A stretch of DNA of 63,299 bases, the filler included, from Reticulomyxa filosa (taxonomy: Eukaryota > Protista > Foraminifera): assembly GCA_000512085.1 (NCBI GenBank). It is 9 parts of 9 records of this genome, joined end to end, with 100 filler letters (N's around TTAATTAATTAA, not from the genome) between each part and the next. Parts side by side here need not be neighbours in the genome. Positions count along the whole stretch, not along the records: positions 1 to 24,678 come from ASPP01000595.1; 8 more parts are not named here. The stretch is one strand, 5' to 3'. Shown here one piece after another: positions 1 to 9,728 of this stretch. Below the pieces are notes generated by a model. It saw only the letters and a program-made list of their open reading frames with translations, made no database searches and was not told where the DNA came from. The position numbers and the translations under genes were made by a program. Numbering within the stretch: position 1 is the stretch's first letter; each line of letters opens with the position of its first letter.

Positions 1-132
1 ATACTTGACTTGACTTTCAAAATCTCCTTCAAAACTTAATAGATGTCGAAGTATCTTGACATCCAACCACAATCTCTTTCAAAATACAACTTTTTAAGAA
101 AGTTAATATTAATGATGAAGTGGGTAAATATT
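1..132 (+). repeat. Arm 1 of a diverged ~130-bp inverted repeat (partner at 726-858)
   Basis: Reverse complement of 1-132 aligns by eye with 726-858 (ccacttcatcattaatattaactt, aaaagttgtattttgaa, tgtcaagatacttc, attttgaaagtc), with scattered substitutions. Confidence 0.85.
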
Positions 133-603
133 AATTTTTTTTTTTTTGCAATGATGCTATAATCAAATAATTCACCATTTGCGATTTTCAATGAGCCAAC
201 ATCAGAAGATTTTGTTATCGTTGAACTTTACAATGATTGTCGAATTGCTTCGATTTTATTGTTGTAATTCCTTTAATTGGGAATTCCATCAATCCATTGT
301 GATTGATTTGGATCTTGCATAATGTCGAGATTTTTTTTTATACAACGCGTCAATATATCTTATTGTGTTGGTTTAATACAAATAGAGACTTTATTAAGTG
401 CAATTTGTATTTGCAATTTGCTTTGGTGTGGACATTGATCAGATTGCAAATCTGGAACACTAACTTCAATGCATGGATATATGCTTTTAACAATTTAGAT
501 ATTTTTTTTAGATATGTTGCAGTGGGGGCCTGTCAAGTGTTGGACTACTCTCTTGCTTCATCCTCAAGTTTCACTCTACTTGTACAAACTCATGTCTTTC
601 AAT

Positions 604-636
604 AGTATCTCGTTCTAAGAAATAGAATACAGTACT
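604..636 (-). repeat. Copy of a dispersed stem-loop motif AGTAC-TGT-[stem]-GAG-RTRCT
   Basis: Minus strand reads AGTAC TGT ATTCTA TTTCT TAGAAC GAG ATACT, the same layout as 33144-33173 and 34169-34198. Confidence 0.6.
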
Positions 637-725
637 CAAAAAAGAAACAAAGACACAAAATCTTTCAATTTCATCTTCTTCACACCAAATATAATCAGTA
701 GAATCTAATCTTTGAATAAAAAATC

Positions 726-858
726 ATATTTATCCACTTCATCATTAATATTAACTTTTCTTTAAAAGTTGTATTTTGAAGAAATTGTGCTTGTAAGTGT
801 CAAGATACTTCATTATCTCTTAAATTTTGAAGAAAATTTTGAAAGTCTATTTAAGTAT
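726..858 (-). repeat. Arm 2 of the diverged inverted repeat (partner at 1-132)
   Basis: See arm 1. Confidence 0.85.
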
Positions 859-1279
859 TACAAAGCAGTTTACCATAATCTGATCTACTGCAAGCCATGC
901 TAGTACAAAATACCACATATGTTTGGATCAAGCATCAAATCTAATTTTAAGTCAGACATGTTAACTACATTTATGAACATGTCTGCATCTAGATAAAACT
1001 AAAATACACAAATACATTAACAAGACATGATCTTGCAGAAACCCAAACAATTATTAAATCACTCAACGCTGACAAATATATTGTCAACCTACCTGACGAA
1101 AAGGATTAAGAGAAATATCCAAACTCATCATATGATGAAAACGCCTCTTTGCAAGAAAGTGAATTAGATTCAAGAAATTATATTTATTTGGACATATGTA
1201 ACAGCCATTCAGTGATAAACTAATCGTCAAACAAGTTTGCCCAATCTCTAATTGTTGATATTCAACAAATTCTCAAAAG

Positions 1280-2180
1280 CTTCGCGTTCTTTTCACATCA
1301 GGCGACTGTCTTGGAACATTTCAGAAAGTTTCCTTGAGAAACATAATCGAATAATTTGTTCAAACAGCACATCCAATTGAAAACTTAATCTGCCTTCAGC
1401 AGTCCCACAGTTTGTAATAAATATCAACAAATACGAATGGCTTGCAGAATGAACAGCCACTCCACGTGCGTCATTCCAGTCAATTATTTCATCATTGCAA
1501 ATTTACTGATCTTCTGTATAATTTTGCCAAAACATTTGATAGTATATAAATCCTCTTTTATCGTCTCATCCGTAAATGCCAGCCTCACGTTGCCTACCAT
1601 CTTAGCCACATCATCAATTGTTGGATATGTCAAGTTGAAATCAACAATGCGATCTTCCATTTCAATCAAAATGTTTCCTCACATTGCAGCTTCAGCGATT
1701 AAACTACACCCACATTATCTAAACGCATAGTCTATACAATTAATACATTGATACAACATCATCAGAAAGATTTAACAAATCATTAACTTCATTGTCAATC
1801 AACTAATCATTTTCATATTTGCGCCGTCTTCAACAGATTTTTGCATATCTACTTCGAGAACACCGAATTCTACTATATCCTTGAGTTTCGTTTGTGAATT
1901 GAAGTTGCCACAAGCACGATTTGCCACTGAGTAACCGAATATCTGACCACAATGGATCCATGGAGACCATGCCTTACATTGCAAATACGTCAAATGTCGT
2001 ATATCCAGACACGACAAAATATTGTCTTGCATTTCCAATTTTTTAAAAGAGCCAATATTATGATGAAGTCGTTTGAACATAATACGTTAAATTCTTTGAT
2101 GTCAAATTTACCGACATAATTATTGAAAATCAGACAAGCCCGTCTCCAGACGACACATGGTCATTTCGACACTAAAACAG
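1280..2180 (-). pseudogene. Decayed coding sequence of unknown family
   Basis: Short protein-like ORF fragments (1484-1669, 1799-2080) broken by stops and frameshifts, with no clear intron signals. Confidence 0.3.
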
Positions 2181-2627
2181 AAAGCATAAACAAATAAGTC
2201 GTCAGTGTGATTCATAGTACATTCAATAGATCGTATAGACCACCGGCGGTTGGCACCAAATGGCCAAAAACTTTTTTCCGGGCAAGTACTAGCCAACAGA
2301 GAAAGAACTCAATTGACAAAGCCAAGCAAACTATCTATCGAGCATTGAGCGTTGCCCTCCAAAAGGGTAATGCCATCTCATTTGTCACACTGCAAGTAAC
2401 CAAGTCCAGTCATATCATCAATAAGGTATCAGCAAGCTCAAATACCAAAAGCCCAAGAAAACGACAGTATATAATGACAAGGAAAGAAGCATAAAGCTAA
2501 TATAAGATGTCATTGACATGATTATTTATATTATTGTAAAGTTTGATGTTCAACTTTTTTGTGACTGTTGAGTAAAATAAAATTTCGTTTGTCTTATTTA
2601 AGTTTATATTTAATCCTGGTACCACAT

Positions 2628-3167
2628 TCACCGTTTTGCCACTATCAAAAAAACGAAATTAAACCCTTTTTCATGTGCATAATTAAGCAAAAATTGTTTT
2701 TGCTTCTTGTCTGTTATTTCTTTGTGTCTGTGAGCAGTTGTATAACGGCACCATTTCATAAGTATAATGCAAAGACCAACGTCGTCAGACGTGACGATTT
2801 CCTTTGAAAACAACAAAGCAAATAATGAAAACACTTTTCTTTGTCGCTTCAATCTTTGTTCCAACTTACGGATGTTGATGATCGTCAAAACTCTTCAAAC
2901 CATTCATTTGAAAAGTCTCAAATTTCCCTCAACACTTTGCCGAAAATAATAATTCTTCAATTTGACACAGTCAAACTTTGACAAACTGATTTTACTTGCA
3001 ACCAAAAACCACTCCCGACCTTTGATTTTCCAAATGTATCGTTGATCCCCATCGTCATCGGACAACAAACATATTAGTAACGCAATTCTGCAACCATATG
3101 TAGACAAAGTTGTAAAAGGCCCCAATGCATTAATAATAAGTAGTTGCAAAAAAAATCGTACACCCAA
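2628..3167 (-). pseudogene. Decayed helical (HEAT-like) repeat gene fragment
   Basis: Fragments ASKISLSKFDCVKL and IRKLEQRLKRQRKVFSLFALL resemble HEAT-like repeats and are interrupted by stops. Weak call. Confidence 0.25.
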
Positions 3168-3684
3168 AAAAGTGGTGGTTTTTTAGTATTTGACTTGTAT
3201 ATCTTTATTAAAAAGAGCTAAAGTAAAAATAATTTTGTAGATACATAGAACAAATCAGATACTATCTTTCATCTACGTTGTACTATCTTATATCTTGCAT
3301 TTATTTAAAAGATTACACATTCAATTTTTTCAGCTGGCTTTTACAGTATGTCTTTTTTTTTAACAAAAATTTTTTTATTAAACTGTAAAGAAAACATAAT
3401 CCATTTAACAATATTTACACTTGTATTTAAAAGGAGCTTTTATGTTTAATTTACCACTTGGTGGCATCGACTTTGGCCTTTATCACAGCATGAATGCGCT
3501 TATGTATTGAAACAATAAGCATATAACATAAATCACCTTCAATCGAGTACCATTGATTGCTAAACTCGTCGGTTTCTTTTGATCAAGTATCAACGAAAAA
3601 GATTAAATAAAGAAAAGGAAAACAAATGTGTGGAAATGAGTACACCGAAACACCAGATTAAAACGAGAAAAGAAAAACACTGTT

Positions 3685-3770
3685 GAGTGAAAAGTGTTAG
3701 TAAAGTTTAACCCACAGGGAGCTCATCAGCCCCTTTAACGATTCTATCTATATAGTAGGAGCTTCTCCTA
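3685..3770 (-). repeat. Dispersed structured repeat with hammerhead-like core and hairpin (paralog at 26335-26418)
   Basis: Hairpin TAGGAG-CTT-CTCCTA at 3756-3770. Minus strand has CTGATGA GCTC cctgt GGGT TAAAC. Confidence 0.5.
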
Positions 3771-4063
3771 AAAAAAGAACTGTACTACTGATTTCCTAGA
3801 AAATTTATTTTACACGAAGAAACAAATATTAGTTTTTACGGCTTTTTTGTAGTTGTGTCACGACTTTTGTTGTCAAAACTGATCACATATTCAAAAAAAA
3901 TTTTAGAAAACGAATTTACTAGTTTTTAAAATCTAAAAAAAAATTGAGTTCGTTTTTTGCAAATAGTTTCCTTTACTTTTAAAATTACATTTTTCGCTTT
4001 GATAAGTCAATCCAACGCTAATGCAGATCAAATTCACTAAAAAAAGATTCAAGGTAAGACTAT

Positions 4064-7000
4064 TCATTCCGTGCTTTCTTCAGATTTTCTCAATTTTTTT
4101 TTATTTCTGGTTTTGGAGTTTTGAGCATTGAAAGAATTTTGGGCACCGAGCAATGGTGTAATTGCTTTCAACAAATTTGGGAATAAAGTAGGATGCAAGT
4201 GCTCTTGAGCAGCCAAAATCTGTTTACATCGTTGTCTTTCTTTTGGGGAATCAAAACAAGCGGGGCAATTTTCATCAATTACTGGCAAATGAAAAGCCTT
4301 GGAAAATTCTCTTGTGCAATGTTCTCTGACATAAATCATGGGACGAATAATTCGAACGTCTCCATCTTGGCAGTAATAATTGGCTTTCATAGTTTGAACT
4401 TGCCCATTGAAAAAAGCGCTCATGAGAAAAGATTCACATAAATCGTCTAAATGCTGGCCCATAGCCAATACATTATATCCATGTGTTCTACAGACCTCAT
4501 ATAATAGTCCACGTTTCATTCGACTGCAAAAACTACAAAAAGACTTTTTTTTTTCATCCATATGTTCTTTGGCTAATTCCATAATTGGTTCGTTGATATA
4601 ATGATATTTAATATCTTTCAATAAATTGTCTGCACTTTTATTTTCATTGAAAAACGTTTTCAAATATGATGGATCGAATTGAGGATGTTGTGGATCGATC
4701 GTGCATGCAGCAACTTCAAACTCAATAGGGGCCTTTTTCTGTAAGTGTCGCAAAATATATAATAACGTCAACGAATCTTTGCCACCAGACAAGGCCACTA
4801 AAACGCGATCATTATTTTTGATCATATTGTAATCTTTAATGGCCTTGCCAATGTCATGACTTAATTTCTTAATGAGTTTTTGTCTGTTATTCGCACTGTC
4901 ATTGGAAATAGAATCGTGTTTGTTATTCTTTTCGTTGTCATTGTATCCATTCCATGGTTTGTAATCAACACATTGACAATGTAAACACTCTTTCTTGTTT
5001 TTTTGGTGATAGTGATTGCAATTGTTGCACTGTTTTGTGTAATCGTCATGCTCATATTTTCCCCATAGGTTGACATTGTCGTTTTGTACTTTTGTCGTTT
5101 GCTGTGTTTGATTTATCAACGAGCCAAAGAAAAAATAGACAAATATTGCGGTGAATGCATTGGTTGTAGCCAACATTAAAAAGAAATTTGGATTGGTCTC
5201 GTTCCATCGGGTAACAATTGCAAGAGCAAACACAATCCAAAAAATGTGATGCGTCTGCAAATTTATTGTTTTAATCAAGGATAATCTTAACCATGAGAAT
5301 GAAAGTGGAAAATTTACCAAAGTACGATTATTTGCATCACTTATATCTTTTTTCTTTTCCTCAATATTTTCACCTTGATCTTTATTTGTACTTGTGATTG
5401 TATTTGTGGTTGTATTTGTTTTGGTACTTATATTTCCGTCAATAGGAGTGTTCAATGCCTCACTCGGTAATATGAACCATCGGCGTGAATTTTGCAATAA
5501 GCTGCTGTCATCACTAATAAAAGGTGGGTATTTGAGATTGTCTACAATGCTTTTAGCTTCTTTGAGATAGTCATCCATTTCTTGTTCATCCCAAGTATCA
5601 TCTCCCGGTGTGGGCCATTCCAATCTCCACTGCTCATCGTGTTCTACCAATTGTATATGACTCAATGACTTTTTATCCAAGATTGGCGTTTTGAAGCAGT
5701 TGCGATGACAAAAATGACCAGAATCTACATGATATTGATAGAGAGGTAATAACTGTAGGGCATGTTCAATCACAAAGATTATGCAATCAATGATATATTG
5801 CAATTCTCGACGTGTCAATAAATAATGTAAATTAATACGAGTAAAACCTGGTCGCAATATTTCTTGTTTCTTAAATAATTCTTCTTCTAATTCGAGACAC
5901 GAAATAGGATCAGACATTCCCAGTAACCTTAGTGCGTACGGCCCAGCGCATGCACAACCACCACGAGACTGAATCCCAAATAAATCATTTAATAATAAAC
6001 AAATGTAATTGTAATGATAAAAGTAAACACGCTTTTTATCGTTGCTCTCACCGGTAGTGTCAAAGTTATTACATGGAATTAGAAAAGATAAAATTGGTAA
6101 TCGTTTAGTAGCATTTAGAGTATCATTAGAATCGTAGCCCAAAAAATATATTTTTTTTTTATCAATAAAAGGTTTCATTTGTGATAAAAATATATTTAAA
6201 TAAGTTTGCTCAATCGTTTCAATGTTTGAGATACCTACCCATTCGTTTTTGACTTGTAATGCCAATGCACATCGAAGTGAAGCGATAACATTTGGGGTTC
6301 CACCTTTAGAAGTATGTGTTTGTGAGCCAAAGTGTGAAACAGAGTTAAAATAAAAACAAACAAAAAAAACCTTGTTCGCGTTCTTCAACATCTTGCAAAT
6401 ACACATGATGTTCTGGCGTAACAAAAAATACAGTCCCTCCACCGGGTGTTGAGGGAGGTAATTTTAACAAATCAAAGCGATTGAATATAGCTTGATTAAT
6501 AACTAAAACTCCACAACTGCCGACTCCACCCAAAAACTTGTGTCCACTGAAATAAATACAATCCATTCCATCCATCATGTTAATACTGAGATATGGAGCA
6601 CTACCCGAATAGTCAAAGGCACAAATGCCCTTGTACTTGTGAATGAGGTCGCAGATTTTGTCAATGTTCGGTTGAATAATACCGGTAATATTACTTGCTG
6701 CTGAAAATGAACCAATTATTAACACATCTTTTTGACTTGGATTTGACTGTGATGAAAATATATCCTTTAGCGTTTGATCTAATTGCTTTAAATCAATGCC
6801 CTTTTCCAATTCGGTGCTTTCTGGAATCATTCTAATTTTGCATCCGTAGATTTCCATTTCTTTCCAAGGCAGCAAATTGCTATGATGTTCATAACATCCC
6901 AGGACGATGTGCACGCTATATTTTTCACATAAATCTCGCAATTTAATCATATTTATAAATTTATTGATACATTCTGTTGCGCCGTTTCCTACAAATAATA

Positions 7001-7394
7001 CACTATCGCTCTTTCGACAATGCAGTTGACTGTGGACGTAATTCCTTGCTTCTTTTCGCAACATTGTTGTCTGTATTCCTGCGAGTGAGCTGCTTGTATG
7101 AGTGTTTCCGTAACTTGGCATCACATAATTTTTTATGCAGTCTTCAATGCAGGACAAATTGCGCCCACTTGCTGTCCAGTCACAATATAAAATGCGTCGC
7201 TTTTGTTTTTTCTTAGTGTAGTTGTTATTGCCTTTGTCGCTGCTCTCCGCATCGTTCCACTTTCCATCAAACGGGGAGACGAACTGTGAATAGTATCCTA
7301 GCGTCTCTTTCCGCAAATAATCCAGCTTTGACTCCAAGGATGATATTCCTTCCGCGTGTTTTTGTTCATAGCTGTCTTTTTCGTCGTGATTCAT
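4064..7394 (-). CDS. ttcA: Fusion of class-V PLP aminotransferase (SufS-like cysteine desulfurase) and TtcA-like PP-loop tRNA thiolase; 2 exons (7394-6371, 6303-4064), ~1087 aa
   Basis: N-half has YCDWTASG, YGNTHT, EHHSNLLPW, FSAASNITG, SGHKF (PLP Lys), EREQGGTP (restored by removing GT-AG intron 6304-6370) and RGGCACAG (catalytic Cys). C-half has SGGKDS, CSFCSRMKRG, GQHLDD, IIRPM and ENCPAC. Confidence 0.9.
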
Positions 7395-7704
7395 TATTTC
7401 TTCACTTTTTTTTTGAGGAAGCCGGTATTTGTAAAAAAAACTTTGTTTACCCACAACGTTCGTTTAGATAGGCACTTTTTATCGTTCTGCAAATTCTTCG
7501 AGCGATTGTTATATTTACTACCTTTACTCTAATGTGTTTTTATAACCAAGTTTAAAAATTAACTGCCACTAGTGTTTCTCATAACCAAAACAGTAGATGT
7601 ATAATAACTGACCTTAGAAAAAGTTTTAAAATTCAACAACGCAAAACAACCAAAAACAAAATTTCCCTTTCGGACGTGTCATTTTTCACTAGATAAGAGG
7701 AAAA
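7395..7704. promoter_or_regulatory. Probable compact bidirectional promoter between the desulfurase-TtcA gene and NUDC
   Basis: Head-to-head ATGs 310 bp apart. No specific motif identified. Confidence 0.4.
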
Positions 7705-8941
7705 ATGTCAGTAAACAAAAACAAACCCCAAATTGATGAGTTACTGGGTCAAGTTTGGGCAAAACATACAAACATTATACCTGAACTTGATTTCTTGCAT
7801 TCAGGTGGGTTTGTTGTGTGCTTTTTATCCATACGCAATAGTATACATTTGTTCAAATAAAAATAAAAACAATATAGTATTTTCATTCGTAAACCAGAAG
7901 AGCACTTATTTGAGCGATCCTGGAAATGCGAAGAAAGTGCAGCAACTGGTAAACAAGTACATTGACGAAGCAAAAGAACTAAGACTACAAAAAGAAAAAC
8001 AAAAGCCAGAAGAACCCCCAAAACAAGAGACAGCAACTCCACAAACCAACACAACTCAAACTCCTTCCGTAAAGAAAGAAAAGGAAGTGAGTGAAAATAA
8101 TCCAAAACCGGGAGCAACTACTCAAGAACCAGAGAAAGCCAAAGAAAATGGAGAAGAAAAACAGAAAGATGAACAAAAAGATGAAAAAAGAAAGGTTAGG
8201 CTTTGTTTTGATTTATATTTTTTATGAAATACATAACCGCAATCTCGAAACATAAAAAAAGCCAACGATCCGGTAAATAATGGTGGAGTAACTGACAACT
8301 ACGTATGGACACAAACATTGCAAGATGTTGATGTACGTATTCCTATTCCATCAAACTTGAAAGGAAAAGATTTGACAGTCACCTTTGATAAACGCAAGTT
8401 GTTTGTTGGAATTAAAGGCAAACCACCTATTATCAATGTATGATATGTGTAAGGTTTGTTCTTTGGAGAGAGGGCGAAAAGAAAACCAAAATGATGTTTG
8501 TTTTGCAATTCAACAAAACAGGGTCAACTGCACGAGGCAGTGTCAGTTGATGAATGCGCATGGACACTGGACAGAGAACACGGAAAAACAGACAAGACTT
8601 TGACAGTGTCATTGCGAAAGGAAACAGGCATGTGTTGGTGGAAAAGGGTAATCATTGGGGACCCTGAAATTGACACAAGCAAAATCGAACCAGAAAATTC
8701 CTCATTGAATGACTTGGATCCGGAAACAAAACAAACGGTTGAAAAAATGATGGTATGTTCTACATTTTCATTTTTTTTTAAAGATGAGGATTAAAGATTT
8801 TTTAATGTGTTTCAACAGGTTGAACAACGACAAAAAATGATGGGAATACCAACCCAAAAAGAAATCGAGCAACAACAAATGATTGAAAAATTAAAACAAA
8901 AATTCCCAAACATGGACTTCAGCCAAACTAAATTTTCTTGA
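7705..8941 (+). CDS. NUDC: Nuclear distribution protein NudC (CS/p23 domain), 5 exons
   Basis: Spliced product contains NNGGVTDNYVWTQTLQDV, WWKRVIIGDPEIDTSKIEPENSSLNDLDPETKQTVEKMM and FPNMDFSQTKFS*. One apparent 1-nt deletion in the A-run at ~8184-8189. Confidence 0.93.
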
Positions 8942-9728
8942 ACATCTTTGTTGGATCGGTTGCGTTGCCTTAAGATTTGCTGCTCTATTTTTCTTAAATC
9001 TCGCATTTTGTTAGAGTGCGATTTAAACTTATTTGAAAACGATTAGACATAACAAATGTTTCGGTCATGTTTTCCTATTCAAGCATGAGCATCACCTATG
9101 CAAAGTCAATGTTACTTAGCAAAATTAATTCATTCTCTGAGCATTTTGCATATTCTCAGAGCTTTTTACTATATCCCCGCTACTAAAATATTTGCTCTGC
9201 CAAATTTAGTTACGATAAAAGCAATCATGAGGCACAATGCATACATACGAGCTGTAGGTTTGCGATCGTAGCTTTTTTTTACAAATTTTTGTTAAATTGC
9301 AAAAAAAAGTTGAGAATAACACAACTAAAGTGAAAGTTCCAAAAAAATAGTGAAAATTTGTGGTAACTCTTTCATTTTCCACCAGTTTTGGACATCAATT
9401 TGTTTTTGAGGTATTTCACTCACAATAGTAATAATAAAAACAGATAACAAAAACATCACTATTTCTCACACAAATACTATGTGAGGAAAAAGAGGGAAAA
9501 AGCAGAGTTAATTTATTCTTCCCCCTCCCAATAGTGTCTGCCAACAAGAAAAATATTATGGTTAGAAGACTAAATAACAAACAAGCAGTTCAGACAATAA
9601 TACAGTGACAAGAAGATGAACCGATAAATGAATAAGACAAGGAAAAATCAAAGATAATGGTATCATCGCTCTTTTATTGTTTATGCCTTGCTGTTTGTTC
9701 CTTCTTAAATTTGGGAATTGCTTTTGTT

